Of a DNA stretch of 64,000 nucleotides, positions 21,419 to 35,700 are shown one piece after another. A model generated the notes under the pieces. That model was not told where the DNA came from and did no database searches. It saw only the letters and a program-made list of their open reading frames with translations. Within the stretch, counting starts at the first letter, position 1; each line of letters opens with the position of its first letter. The position numbers and the translations under genes were made by a program. The stretch lies in assembly GCA_964016885.1 (NCBI GenBank), contig OZ024746.1, forward strand, positions 50,158,001 through 50,222,000, given 5' to 3'. The DNA comes from Eledone cirrhosa (lineage: Eukaryota).

Positions 21419-24400
21419 ATTTGGGTGCCCGTTTTTTAGGGGGGGGGATTCGTTTTTTATTTGGGTGCCCGTTTTTTAGGGTGGGGTGTTGTCCGTTTTT
21501 TATTTGAGTTCCCTTTTTTATGGGCAGGTCCGTTTTTTTTTTGGGGGGGTCCCCTTATTTTGGGGGGTGTTGGTCCGTTTTTTATTTGGGTGCCCTTCTT
21601 TATGGGGGGATTCCGTTTTTATTTGGGTGCCCGTGTCTTATGGAGGGGATCCGTTTCTTATTAGGGTGCCCATTTTTTATGGAGGTGTCCTTTTTTTATT
21701 TGGTTGCCCGATTTTTATGGGGGAGGTACTCGTTTTTTATTCCGGTGCCCGATTTTAATGGGGGTCTTTTTTGATTTCGGTGGCCTTTTTTATGGAGGGG
21801 TCCGGTTTTATTTAGGTTCCCGTTTTTTATGGGGCGGTCGGTTTTTATTAGCGTGACCGTTTTTTATGGGGGGGCTCCGTTTTTTATGGGGGGGTCCGTT
21901 TTTCATTTGGGTGCCAGTTTTATGGGGGGATTCCGTTTTTATATGGGTGCCTGTTTTTTATTGGGGTGTCCGTTTTTTATGGGAGCGTCCGTTTTTTTTA
22001 TATGGGTGCCCGTTTTTTATTTGGGTGCCCGTTTTTTATGGGGGTGTCGGTCTTTCCTTTGGGTGCCCCTTTTTTGTAGGGGTCCGTTTTTCATTTGGGT
22101 GCCTGTATTTTATGGGGGTCCGTTTTTTATTTAGTTGCCCGTTTTTTAGGGGGGTGTTGGTCCGTTTTTTATTTGGGTGTTCGTTTTTCATTTGGGTGAC
22201 CATTTTTTATCAGGGGGTCCGTGTATTTTGGGGTGCCTTTTTTATGGGGGGTCCTTTTTTTTGTTTGGCTCCCCGTTTTTCATGGGGGGTCCGATTTTAT
22301 ATGGGTGTCCGTATATTATGTGGGGGTCCGTTTTTTATTTGTGTGCTCGTTTATTATGGGGGGACGTCCACTTTTTATTTGTGTGCCCTTTCCTTATGGG
22401 GAGGTCCGTTTTTTATTTGGGTGCCCGTATTTTATTTGGGTGCCCATTTTTTATGGGGCGCTCCGTTTTTACATTTGGGTGCTTGTTTTTTCATTTGGGT
22501 ACGCTTTTTTTTTATTTGGGTGGCTGTATCTTTATGGGGGGTCCGTTTTCTATTTGGGTGCCCGTTGCTTATGGAGGGTGCGTTTTTTATTTGGGTACCC
22601 GTATTTTATTGGGGGAGTCCGTTTTTTATTTCGGTGCCTGTTTTTTATCAGGTGGTCCGTTTATTTTTGGGTGCCTTTTTTATGGGGGATCCTTTTTTTT
22701 ATTTGGCTGTCCGTTTTTTCATTTGGGTACGCTTTTTTTTATTTGGGTGCCTGTATTTTTATGGGGGGTCCGTTTTCTATTTGGGTGCCCGTTGCTTATG
22801 GAGGGTGCGTTTTTTATTTGGGTACCCGTATTTTATTGGGGGGTCCGTTTTTTATCAGGTGGTCCGTTTATTTTTGGGTGCCTTTTTTATGGGGGGTCCT
22901 TTTTTTTATTTGGCTGTCCGTTTCATATGGGGGGTCCGATTTTATATGGGTGCCCGTATATTATGGGAGGGGTCCGTTTTTTATTTGAGTGGCCATTTTT
23001 TAGGGGGGTGTTGGTCCGTTTTTTATTTGGGGGCCCGTTTTTTATTTGGGGGCCCGTTTTTTATGGGGTGGGTTCCGTTTTTATTTGGGTGGGGTTTTTT
23101 TATTTGGGTGCCCGTTTTTTATTGGGGTGTCCGTTTTTCATTTGGGTGCCCGTTTTTTATGGGGGAGTCCGTTTATTATTCGGTTTCCCGTATTTTATTT
23201 GGGTGCCCGTTTTTTAAGGGGGGCCCGTTTTTATTTTATTTGGTTGCCCGTTTTTTATGGGGGGCCCGTTTTTCGTTTGGGTGCCAGTTTCTTATGTGGG
23301 GGTCCGTTTTTATTTGGGTGCCCGTTTTTTATGGGGGGGCCGTTTTTCGTTTGGGTGCCCGATTTTTATGGGGGGTCTGATTTTATTTGAGTGCCCGTAT
23401 TTTATGGGGGGTCCGTTTTTATTTGGGTGGGGTTTTTTTTATTTGGGTGCCCGTTTTTTATGTGGAGGGTCCGTTTTTTATTTGGGTGTCTGTGTTATAT
23501 TTCGGTGCCCGTTTTTTATAGGAGTGTCCGTTTTTCATTTGGGTGCCAGTATTTTATGGGGGTCCGTTTTTTATTTGGGTGCCCGTTTTTTATTGGGGTG
23601 TCCGTTTTTCATTTGGGTGCCCGTTTTTTATGGGGGAGTCCGTTTACTATTCGGTTTCCCGTATTTTATTTGGGTGCCCGTTTTTTAAGGGGGGTCCGTT
23701 TTTTTTATTTGGGTGCCCGTTTTTTATTGGGGATCCGTTTTTATTTGGGTGCCCGTTTTTTATGGGAGGGTCCGTTTCTCGTTTGGGTGCCCGTTTCTTA
23801 TGTGGGGGTCCGTTTTTATGTAGGTGCCCGTTTTTTATGGGGGGTCCGTTTTTCGTTTGAGTGCCCGATTTTTATGGGGGAGGTGCTCGTTATTTATGGG
23901 GGGTCCGTTTTTTATTCGGGTGCTCGTTTTTCATGGGGGGTGACCGTTTTTTATTTGGGTGCCCGTATTTTATTTGGGTGCCCTTTTTTATGGGGGGTCC
24001 TTTTTTATTTGGGTGCCCGTTTTATATTTCGGTGCCCGTTTTTATGGGGGTGTCCGTTTTTTATTAGGGTGCCAGTATTTTATTTGGGTGGTCGTTTTGG
24101 GGGAGGGGATGTCCGCTTTTTAGTTGGGTGCCCGTATCTTTATGGTGGGGGGTCCGGTTTTTTTTTCGGGTGGTGCCCTTTTTTAATGAGGGGGTCCTTT
24201 TTTTCTTGGTGGGGGTACGGTTTTATTTGGGTGCCCGTTTTTTATTGAGGTGTCCGTTTTGTATTTGGGTGCCCGTTTTTTATGGTTGAGTCCGTTTTTC
24301 ATTTGGGTGCGCGTATTTTATGGGCGTCCGTTTTTTATATGGGTGTCCGTATTTAATGTGGGGAGTCCGTTTTTTATTTGGGTGCCCGTTTTTTATAGGA

Positions 24401-26325
24401 GTGTACGTTTTTCATTTGGGTGCCCGTTTTTTATGGGGCGAGTCCGTTTCTATTTGGGTACCCGTTCTTTATTGGATGGGGTTCTGTTTTTTATTTGGGT
24501 GCCAGTTGTTTATGGGAGGGAGTCCGTTTTTTATATCGGTGCCCGTTTTTTAAGGGGGAGTCCGTTTTTTATGGGGGCTCCGTTTTTTGGGAGGTGCCCT
24601 TTTTTATGGAGGGTCCTTTTTTATTTGGGTGGCCTTTTTATGGAGGGGTCCGGTTTTATTTGGGTGCCCGTTTTTTATGGGGGGGTCCGTTATTCATTTG
24701 GGTTCCCGTTTTTTATGGGGCGGTACCCTTTTTATATGGGTGCCCGTTTTTTATTCGGGTGTCCGTATTTAATGTGGGGTGTCCGTTTTTATTTGGGTGC
24801 CCGTTTTTTATGGGGGTGTCCGTTTTTTATGGGGGCGTCCGTTTTTCATTTGGGTGCCCGTTTCTATGGGGGTTCTGCTTTTTAAATGGGTGCCTGTTTT
24901 TTATTTGGGTGCCCTTTTTTATGGGAGGGTCCGTTTTTTTATTTGGGTGCCCATTTTTTATGGGGCGGTCCGTTTTGTTCATTTGGGTACCCGTTTTTTA
25001 TTTGGGTACGCGTTTTTTATTTGTGCGCCTGTATATTTATGGGGGGTCCGTTTTCTATTTGGGTGCCCGTTGCTTATGGGGGGTGCGTTTTTTATTTGGG
25101 TGCCCGTTTTTTATCAGGGGGTACGTTTATTTTTGGGTGCCTTTTTTATGGGGGGGTCCTTTTTTTTATTTGGCTGCCCGTTTTTTATGGGGGGTCCGAT
25201 TTTATATGGGTGCCCGTATATTATGGGGCGGTCCGTTTTTTATAGGAGGGTCCGTTTTTCATTTGGGTGCCCGTATTTTATGGGGGTCCTTTTTTCTTTT
25301 GGGTGCCCGTTTCTTATCTGGGGGTCCGTTTTTCATTTAGGTGCCCGATTTTTATGGGGGAGGTGCTCGTTTTTTACGGGGGTCCGTTTTTTATTCGGGT
25401 GCCCGTTTTTTATGAGGGGTGACATTTTTTATTTGGGTGTCCGTATTTTATTTGGGTGCCCGTTTTTTATGGGGGTCCGTTTTTCATTTGTGTGCCCGTT
25501 TTTATGGGGGGTCCGTTTTTTATATGGGTGCCTGTTTTATATTTGGGTGCCCGTTTTTTATGGGAGGGTCCGTTTTTTATTTGGGTGCCCGTTTTTTAGG
25601 GGGGGGGCTTTTTTATTAGGGTGCCCTTTTTTTATGGGGGTGTTCGTTTTTCATTTGGGTGCCCGTTTTTTATGGGTGTCCGTTTTTATTTGGGTGCCTG
25701 TTTTTTATAGGGGGTCCGTTTTCTATTTGGGTGCCCGTTGCTTATGGGGGGGGTCCGTTTTTGTTTGGGTGCCCGTCTTTTATGGGGTTGTCCGTTTTTC
25801 ATTTGGGTGCCCGTTTCTTATGTGGGGGTCCGTTTTTCATTTAGGTGCCCGATATTTATGGGGGAGGTGCTCGTTTTTTATGGGGTTGTCTGTTTTTTAT
25901 GGGAGGGTGACTTTTTTATTTGGGTGCCCGTATCTTATTTGGATGCCCGTTTTTATAGGGGGTCCGTTTTCCATTTGGGTGCCCGGTTTTTTATGGGGGT
26001 GGTCCGTTTTTTATGGGGGGTGGTCCGTTTTTTGTGGGGGTGGTGGCCGTTTTGTATGGGGGCGTCCAATTTTTATTTGGGTGCCCGTTTTAAGTAGGAG
26101 ATCCGTTTTTTATTTGGGTGGCCTTTTTTATGGTGGGGGGTCCGTTTTTGATTTGGATGCCCGTTTTTCATGGGGGAGCGTATTTTATTTGGGTACCCGT
26201 TTTTTATGGGTGGGCCGATTTTATTTGGGTGCCCGTTTTGTAGGTCCGTTTTTTATTTGGGTGCCCTTTTTATGGGGTGTATCCTTTTTTATTTGGGTTC
26301 CCGTTTTTTATGGGGGTTCGTTTTA
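21419..26325 (+). repeat. G/T-rich satellite, block 4
   Basis: Same monomer and orientation. Confidence 0.97.
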
Positions 26326-26328
26326 CAC

Positions 26329-26365
<37 letters not shown>

Positions 26366-26366
26366 T

Positions 26367-26566
26367 ATTCATAATAGATCTCACGTAATCAGGCCATTGA
26401 AATATGTATATAGTGTTTTTGTCACAACAAAGCTTTAAAGAAGCATCACCAGTCTGGCCTCCTGTTGTTTCAGTCTAAGCAATACACACACACACAAACA
26501 TATATATATATATATAGATAAATGAAAGGTATAGAAATTGTTTTAGCGAGAAGCTAACAGTGTTCC

Positions 26567-26622
<56 letters not shown>

Positions 26623-26760
26623 CAGATATGGAGGTTCTGCGGTAAGAAGACCGGGAAGACAACATATTCTATCAACCTGTTAAAATCCTGATGGAAATCG
26701 TCCTTAAATGATGTCTACTCGTCCTTTTTAAAGAACGCATTCGATAGTGTTGTTTGCAGT
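26367..26760. repeat. Compact island: module B (26367-26484), module A (26520-26570) and module C (26629-26760) separated by (TA)n/(CA)n
   Basis: Direct homology to the copies at 11619, 1592 and 4122. Confidence 0.85.
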
Positions 26761-29700
26761 CCGTTTTTCATTTGGGTGCCCGTTTTTTATGGGGGTGTCC
26801 GTTTTCCATTTGGGTGTCCGTTTTTTATGGGGGGTCTGTTTTTTACTTGGGTGCCCTTTTCTATGGGGTGGTCCGTTTTTTCAGTTGGGTGGTCGTTTTG
26901 GGGGGGGTCCGGTTTTTATTTGGGTGCCCTTTTTTATGGAGTGGGTCCGGTTATATTTGGGTGCCCGTTTTTTATTGGGAGGTCCGTTTTTCATTTGGGT
27001 GCCCGTTTTTATGGGGGGTTCCGTTTTTAATATGGGTGCCTGTTTTTTATTTGGGTGTCCGTTTTTTATGGGAGGATCCGTTTTTCATTTGGGTGCCCGT
27101 TTTCTATTGGGGTTGTACTTTTTTTATTTGGGTGCCCTATTTTTATGGGGGAGGGTCCTTTTTTATTTGGGTGTCCGATATTTATGGGTGTCAGTTTTTA
27201 TTTGGGTGCCCGTTTTTTATGGGGGGTCCGTTTTTCATTTGGGTGCCCATTTTTTATAGGGGGTCCGTTTTCATTTGGGTGCCCGTTTTTAATGGGGGTG
27301 CCCGTTTTTTTATGGGTGGTCTGTTTTTTACTTGGGTGCCCTTTTTTATGGGGTGGTCCGTTTTTTATTTGGGGGCCCGTATTTCATTTGCGTGCCCATT
27401 TTTTATGGGTGAGGGTCCTTTTTTTATTTGGGTGCCCGATATTTATGGGGGTCCGTTTTTATTTGGGTGCCCGTTTTTTATGGGGGTCCGTTTTTATTTG
27501 GGTGCCCGTTTTTATGGGGGTCCGTTTTTCATTTGGGTGCCCGTTTTTATGGGAGGGTCCCTTTTTTATATGGGTGCCCATTTTTTATTTGGGTGTCCGT
27601 ATTTAATGTGGGGAGTCCGTTTTTTATTTGGGTGCCCGTTTTTTATAGGAGGGTACGTTTTTTATTTGGGTGCCCGCATTTATGGGGGTTCCGTTTTTTA
27701 TATGGGTGACTGTTTTTTATTTGGGTGCCCGTTTTTTATGGGAGGGTCCTTTTTTTATTTGGGTGCACGTTTTTTATCGGGGCTGTCCGTTTTTTTATTT
27801 TGGTGCCCGATTTTTATGGGGGAGGATGCGTTTTTTATTTGGGTTTCCGTTTTTCATGAGGGTGTCCGTTTTTCATTTGGGTGCCCGTTTTTTAGGGGGG
27901 TCGGTTTTTTATTTGGGTTCCCGATTTTTATGGGGGGTCCGTTTTTATTTGGGTGTACGTTTTTTATGGGAGCGTCCGTTTTTTGTTTGGGATCCCGTTT
28001 CTTATGTGGGGGCCGTTTTTCAGTTAGGTGCCCGATTTTTATGGGGGATGTGCCCGTTTCTTATGGGGGGGTGACCTTTTTTTATTTGGGTGCCCTTTTT
28101 TGATAGGGGGTCCGTTTTTTATTTGGGTGCCTGTTTTTTATAGGGGTCCGTTTTTCATTTGGGTACCCGTTTTTTATGGGGGTGTCCGTTTTTATGGAGG
28201 GGTCAGTTTTAATTTAGGTGCCCTTTTTATGGGAGGTTCGTTTTTTATTTGGGTGCGCGTCTTATATTTCGGTGCTTGTTTTTTATTGGGGGGGGGTCCG
28301 TTCTTTAATTAGGTGCCCGTACTTTATTTGGGTGCCCGTATTTTTATGAGGGGAGTCTTTTTTTTTGGGGGGTGCCCTTTTTTATGGGGGTCCGTTTTTT
28401 TATTTGGGTGTCTGTTTTTTATAGGGTTCCGTTTTTTATTTGGGTGCCCGTTTTTTATTGGGGGTCCGTTTTTCATTTGGGTGCCGGTTTTTATGGGGGT
28501 GTCCGTCTTTTTATGTGGGTTTTTTTTTTTTTATTTAGGTGCCCGCTATTTATGGGGGGTCCGTTTTATATTTGGGTGCCCGTATCTTATTTGGGTGCCC
28601 ATTTTTTATGGTGGGGGGTCCGTTTTTGTGGGGTGCCCTTTTTTTATGGGGGTTTCTTTTTTATTTGGTGCCCTTTTTTTATGGAGTGGGTTCGGTTTCA
28701 GTTGGGTGCCCGATTTTATGGGGGTGTCCGTTTTTTCTTGGGGTATCCGTTTTTTATGGGGGTCCGTTTTTCATTTCGGTGCCCGTTTTTTATTGGGGGG
28801 GGGCGTTTTTTATATGGGTGCCCGTTTTTTATTTGGGTGTCCGTTTTTTATTTGGGTGTCCGTATTTAATGTAGGGTGTCCATTTTTTATGGGGTCCGTT
28901 TTTCATTTGGGTGGCCATTTTTTATAGGGGGGTCCGTTTTTCATTTGGGTGCCCGTTTTCTATTGGGGTTGTACTTTTTTTATTTGGGTGCCCTATTTTT
29001 ATGGGGAAGGGTCCTTTTTCATTTGGGTGCCCGATATTTATGGGGGTCCGTTTTTATTTGGGTGCCCCTTTTTTATTTGGGTGTCCGTTTTTTATGGGGG
29101 GGTCCGTTTTTCATTTGGGTGCCCGTTTTTCAAGGGAGGGTCCGTTTTTCATTTGGGAGCCCGTTTTTTATGGGGGGTAACTTTTTTATTTGAGTTCCCG
29201 TATTTTATTTGGGTGCCCATTTTTTATGGGGGTCCGTTTTTTTTATTTGGGTGCCTGTTTTTTATAGGGGGTGCGTTTTTTATTTGGGTGCCCGTTTTTT
29301 ATGGGGGTCCGTTTTTCATTTGGGTGCCCGTTTTTTATGGGGGTGTCCGTTTTCCATTTGGGTGTCCGTTTTTTATGGGGGGTCTGTTTTTTACTTGGGT
29401 GCCCTTTTCTATGGGGTGGTCCGTTTTTTCAGTTGGGTGGTCGTTTTGGGGGGGTCCGGTTTTTATTTGGGTGCCCTTTTTTATGGAGTGGGTCCGGTTA
29501 TATTTGGGTCCCCTTTTTTTATTGGGAGGTCCGTTTTTCATTTGGGTGCCCGTTTTTATGGGGGGTTCCGTTTTTAATATGGGTGCCTGTTTTTTATTTG
29601 GGTGCCCGTTTTTTATGGGAGGGTCCGTTTTTCATTTGGGTGCCCGTTTTCTATTGGGGTTGTACTTTTTTATTTGGGTGCCCTATTTTTATGGGGGAGG

Positions 29701-32700
29701 GTCCTTTTTTATTTGGGTGTCCGATATTTATGGGGGTCAGTTTTTATTTGGGTGCCCGTTTTTTATGGGGGTCCGTTTTTCATTTGGGTGCCCGTTTTTA
29801 TGGGAGGGTCCCTTTTTTATATGGGTGCCCATTTTTTATTTGGGTGTCCGTATTTAATGTGGGGAGTCCGTTTTTTATTTGGTTGCCCGTTTTTTATAGG
29901 AGGGTACGTTTTTTATTTGGGTGCCCGCATTTATGAGGGGTTCCGTTTTTTATGTGTGACTGTTTTTTATTTGGGTGCCCGTTTTTTATGGGAGGGTCCT
30001 TTTTTTATTTGGGTGCACGTTTTTTATCGGGGCTGTCCGTTTTTTTATTTTGGTGCCCGATTTTTATGGGGGAGTATCCGTTTTTTATTTGGGTTTCCGT
30101 TTTTCATGAGGGTGTCCGTTTTTCATTTGGGTGCCCGTTTTTTAGGGGGGTCGGTTTTTTATTTGGGTGCCCGATTTTTATGGGGGGTCCGTTTTTATTT
30201 GGGTGTACGTTTTTTATGGGGGCGTCCGTTTTTTGTTTGGGATCCCGTTTCTTATGTGGGGGCCGTTTTTCAGTTAGGTGCCTGATTTTTATGGGGGGGG
30301 CGTTTTTGTGGGGTGCCCTTTTTTATGGGGGTTTCTTTTTTATTTGGTGCCCTTTTTTTATGGAGTGGGTTCGGTTTCAGTTGGGTGCCCGATTTTATGG
30401 GGGTGTCCGTTTTTTCTTGGGGTATCCGTTTTTTATGGGGGTCCGTTTTTCATTTCGGTGCCCGTTTTTTATGGGGGGGGGCGTTTTTTATATGGGTGCC
30501 CGTTTTTTATTTGGGTGTCCGTATTTAATGTAGGGTGTCCATTTTTTATGGGGTCCGTTTTTCATTTGGGTGGCCATTTTTTATAGGGGGGTCCGTTTTT
30601 CATTTGGGTGCCCGTTTTCTATTGGGGTTGTACTTTTTTTATTTGGGTGCCCGATATTTATGGGGGTCCGTTTTTATTTGGGTGCCCTTTTTATGGGGGG
30701 TCCGTTTTTCATTTGGGTGCCCGTTTTTAATGGGAGGGTCCGTTTTTTATATGGGTGCCCGTCTTTTATTTGGGTGCCCGTTTTTTATTTGGGTGCCCGT
30801 TTATTATAGGAGGGTACGTTTTTTATTTGGGTGCCCGTTTTTTATGGGGGCGTCCGTTTTTCGTTTGGTGGCCCGTTTCTTATGTGGGGGTCAGTTTTTC
30901 ATTTAGGTGACCGATTTTTATGGGGAGGTGCTCGTTTTTTATGGGGAATCCGTTTTTTATGGGTGGTCCGATTTTATATGGGTGTCCGTATATTATGTGG
31001 GGGTCCGTTTTTTATTTGTGTGCCCGTTTTTTATTTGAGGTCCACTTTTTATTTGTGTACCCTTTCCTTATGGGGGGCTCCGTTTTTTATTTGGGTGCCC
31101 GTATTTTATTTGGGTGCCCATTTTTTATGGGGCGGTCCGTTTTTACATTTGGGTGCTCGTTTTTTCATTTGGGTACGCTTTTTTTATTTGGGTGCCCGTA
31201 TTTTATTGGGGGGGTCCGTTTTTTATTTGGGTGCCCGTTTTTTATCAGGTGGTCCGTTTATTTTTGGGTGCCTTTTTTATGGGGCGTTCTTCTTTTATTT
31301 GGCTGTCCGTTTTTTATGGGGGGTCCGACTTTATATGGGTGCCCGTATATTATTGGGGGTCCGTTTTTTATTTGGGTGCCCGTTTTATATTTCGGTGCCC
31401 GTTTTTTATGGGGGGGTCCGTTTTTTATTTGGGTGCCCGTTTTTTATTCGGGTGACCGTTTTTTTATCAGGGGGTTCCGTTTATTTTTGGGTGCCTTTTT
31501 TATGGGGGTCCTTTTTTTATTTGGCTGTCCGTTTTTTATGGGGGGTCCGATCTTATATGGGTGCCCGTATATTATGTGGGGTCCTTTTTTTATTTGGGTG
31601 CCCGTTTTTTATGGGGGGATCCCTTTTTTATTTGTGTGCCCTTTCCTTATGGGAGGTCAGTTTTTTATTTGGGTGCCTGTATTTTATTTGGGTGTCCATT
31701 TTTATGGGGCGGTCCGTTTTTTCATTTGGGTGCTCGTTTTTTCATTTGGGTACGCGTTTTTTATTTGGGTGCCTGTATTTTTAGGGGGGGTCCGTTTTTT
31801 ATTTGGGTGCCCGTTGCTTATGGGGGTGCGTTTTTTATTTGGGTGCCCCTATTTTATTGGGGGGTCCGTTTTTTATTTGAGTGGCCGTTTTTTATTTGGG
31901 TTGCCCGGTTCTTATGTGGAGGGTCCGTTTTTTATTTGGGTGCCCGTGTTATATTTCGGTGCCCGTTTTTTAAAGGAGGGTCCGTTTCTCATTTGGGTGC
32001 ACGTATTTTATGGGGTGTCCGTTTTTCGTTTGGGTGCCCGTTTTTTATGTGGGGGTCCGTTTTAAGTTTGGGTGCCCGTTTCTTAAGTGGAGGTTCATTT
32101 TTCATTTAGGTGCTCGATTTTTAACGGGGAGGTGCTCCTTTTTTATGGGGGTCCCTTTTTTATTCGGGTGCCCGTTTTTTATGGGTGGTGACCTTTTTTT
32201 ATTTGGGTGCCCGTATTTTATTTGGGTGCCCGTTTTATATGGGTGGTCTGTTTTTTATTTGGGGGCCCGTATTTTATTTGGGTGCCCATTTTTTATGGGG
32301 GGTCCGTATTTACAGTTTGGTCGTTTTTTGGGGGTCCGGTTTTTATTTGGGTGCCCTTTTTTATGGAGGGGGTCCGGTTTTATTTGGGTGCCCGTTTTTT
32401 ATGGGGGGTCCGTTTTTCATTTGGGTGCCCGTTTTTTATGGGAGGGTCCGTTGTTTATTTGGGTGCCCGTTTTTTATAGGAGGGTACGTTTTTCATTTGG
32501 GAGCCCGTTTTTTATGGGGGTTGACTTTTTTTATTTGGGTGCCCGTATTTTATTTGTGTGCCCGTTTTTTATGGGGGTCCGTTTTTTTTTTATTTGGGTG
32601 CCTGATTTTTATAGGGGGTGCGATTTTCATTTGGGTGCCCGTTTTTATGGGGGTGTCCATTTTTTATGGGGGGGTCTCTTTTTTTACTTGGGTGCTCTTT

Positions 32701-35700
32701 TCTATGGGGTGGTCCGTTTTTTCAGTTGGGTGGTCGTTTTTTGGGGGGGTCTGGTTTTTATTTTGGTGCCCGTATTTTTATAGGGGGGCTGTGTTTTTTT
32801 GGGGGGTGCCCTTTTTTATGGGGGGTCCTTTTTTATTTGGGTGCCCTTTTTGTGGGGGTCAGGTCATATTTGAGTGCCCATTTTTTATGGGGGGTCCGTT
32901 TTTATTTGGGTGCCCGTTTTTTATGGGGGGTCCGTTTTTCATTTGGGTGCCCGTTTTTTATGGGAGGGTCCGTTGTTTATTTGGGTGCCCGTTTTGTATA
33001 GGAGGGTACGTTTTTCATTTGGGAGCCCGTTTTTTATGGGGGTTGACTTTTTTTATTTGGGTGCCCGTATTTTATTTGTGTGCCCGTTTTTTATGGGGGT
33101 CCGTTTTTTTTTTATTTGGGTGCCTGATTTTTATAGGGGGTGCGATTTTCATTTGGGTGCCCGTTTTTATGGGGGTGTCCGTTTTTTATGGGGGGGTCTC
33201 TTTTTTTACTTGGGTGCTCTTTTCTATGGGGTGGTCCGTTTTTTCAGTTGGGTGGTCGTTTTTTGGGGGGGTCTGGTTTTTATTTTGGTGCCCGTATTTT
33301 TATAGGGGGGCTGTTTTTTTGGGGGGTGCCCTTTTTTATGGGGGGTCCTTTTTTATTTGGGTGCCCTTTTTATGGGGGTCAGGTCATATTTGAGTGCCCA
33401 TTTTTTATGGGGGGTCCGTTTTTATTTGGGTGCCCGTTTTTTATGGGGGGTCCGTTTTTCATTTGGGTGCCGGTTTTTTATGGGGGTGTCCGTTTTCCAT
33501 TTGGGTGTTCGTTTTTCATGTGGGGGGTCTGTTTTTTATTTCGGTGTCCGTTTTTTTATGGGGTGTTCGTTTTTTATTTGGCTGCCCGTATCTTATTAGG
33601 GTGCCCATTTTTAATGGTGGTGGTCGGTTTTTTCATTTGGGTTGCCGTTTTGGGGGGGGTCCGCTTTTTATTTGGGTGCCCGTATTTTTATAAGAGGGGG
33701 TCCGTTTTTTGTGGGGTGCCCTTTTTTATGGTGTGTTCTTTTTTATTTGGTGCCCTTTTTTAATGGAGGGGTCCGGTTTTATTTGGGTGCCTGTTTTTAT
33801 GGGGGGTCCGTTTTTCATTTGGGTGCCCATTTTTTATGGGAGCGTCTGTTTGTTATATGGGTGCTCGTTTTTTATTTTGGTGTCCGTATTTAATGTGGGG
33901 AGTCTGTTTTTTATTTGGGCGCTCGTTTTTTATAGGAGGGTATGCTTTTCATTTGGGAGCCCGTTTTTTATGGGTGGGGTCCGTTTTTATATGGGTGCCC
34001 GTTTTTTATGGGCGTGTCCGTTTTTTATTAGCGTGACCGTTTTTTATGGGGTTGTCCGTTTTTATTGGGGGGTCCGTTTTTTATATGGGTGCCCGTTTTT
34101 TATTTGGGTGTCCGTATTTAATGTGGGGAGTCAGTTTTTCATTTTTGCCCGTTTTTTAAAGGAGGGTATGTTTTTCATTTGGGGGCCCGTTTTTAAGGGG
34201 GGTTCCGTTTTTTATATGGGTGCCTGTTTTTTATTTGGGTGCCCGTTTGTATGGGATGGTCCGTTTTTTTATTTGGGTGCCCATTTTTTATGGGGGGGGC
34301 CCGTTTTTTCATTTGGGTGATCGATTTTTATGGGGGGGTCAGTTTTCTATTTGGGTGCCCGTATTTTATGGGGAGTCCATTTTTTTATGGGGGGTCCGTT
34401 TTTCATTTGGGTGTCCGATTTTTATGGGGGGTCCGTTTTTTGTTTGGGCCCCCGTATTTTATTTTTTGTCCGTTTTTCATTAGGGTGCCCGTTTTTTGTG
34501 TGGGGTCCGTTTTCCATTTGGGTGCCCGTTTTTTATGGGGGATCCGTTTTTCATTTGGGTTCCGTTTTTTAGGGGGGGGGTCCGTTTTTTATTTGGGTTT
34601 TTTTTATGGGGGGGTCTGTTTTTTATTTGGGTGCCCGTTCTTTATTTAGATTCCCGTTTTTTATAGGGGGTTGCGTATTTTATTTGGGTGCCCGTTTTTT
34701 ATTTGGTTGCCAGTTATTTATTTGGGTGCCCGTTTTTTATGCGGGTGCCCGTTTTTTATGCCGGTGTCGGTTTTTTATGCGGGTGCCCGTTTTTTCTTCG
34801 GGTGTCGGTTTTTCATTTGGGTGCCCGTTTTTTATTTGGGGGTCCGTTTTTCATTTAGGTGCCCGTATTTTATGGGGGGTCCGTTTTTTATTTGGGTGTC
34901 CGTTTTTTATTTGGGTACCCGTTTTTTATGGGGGGGGGCTGTTTTTTATTGGCGGGTGGTCCGTTCATTATTTGGGTGCCCGTTTCTTATGGTGGGACCG
35001 TTTTTTATTTAGGTACCCTTTTATATGAGGGTGGGTCCGATTTTTTGGGGTTTACCCTTTTTATGGGGGGTTCTTTTTTTATTTGGGTGCCCTTTTTTAT
35101 GGTGGGGTCCGTTTTTTATTTGGGTGCCCGTTTTTTATTCGGGTGACCGTTTTTTATCAGGGGGTTCCGTTTATTTTTGGGTGCCTTTTTTATGGGGGTC
35201 CTTTTTTTATTTGGCTGTCCGTTTTTTATGGGGGGTCCGATCTTATATGGGTGCCCGTATATTATGTGGGGTCCGTTTTTTATTTGGGTGCCCGTTTTTT
35301 ATGGGGGGATCCCTTTTTTATTTGGGTGCCCGTATTTTATTTGGGTGCCCGTTTTATATGGGTGGTCTGTTTTTTATTTGGGGGCCCGTATTTTATTTGG
35401 GTGCCCATTTTTTATGGGGGGTCCGTTTTTTATTTGGTCGTTTTTTGGGGGTCCGGTTTTTATTTGGGTGCCCTTTTTTTATGGGAGGGTCCGTTGTTTA
35501 TTTGGGTGCCCGTTTTTTATAGGAGGGTACGTTTTTCATTTGGGAGCCCCTTTTTTATGGGGGTTGACTTTTTTATTTGGGTGCCCGTATTTTATTTGTG
35601 TGCCCGTTTTTTATGGGGGTCCGTTTTTTTTTTATTTGGGTGCCTGATTTTTATAGGGGGTGCGATTTTCATTTGGGTGCCCGTTTTTATGGGGGTGTCC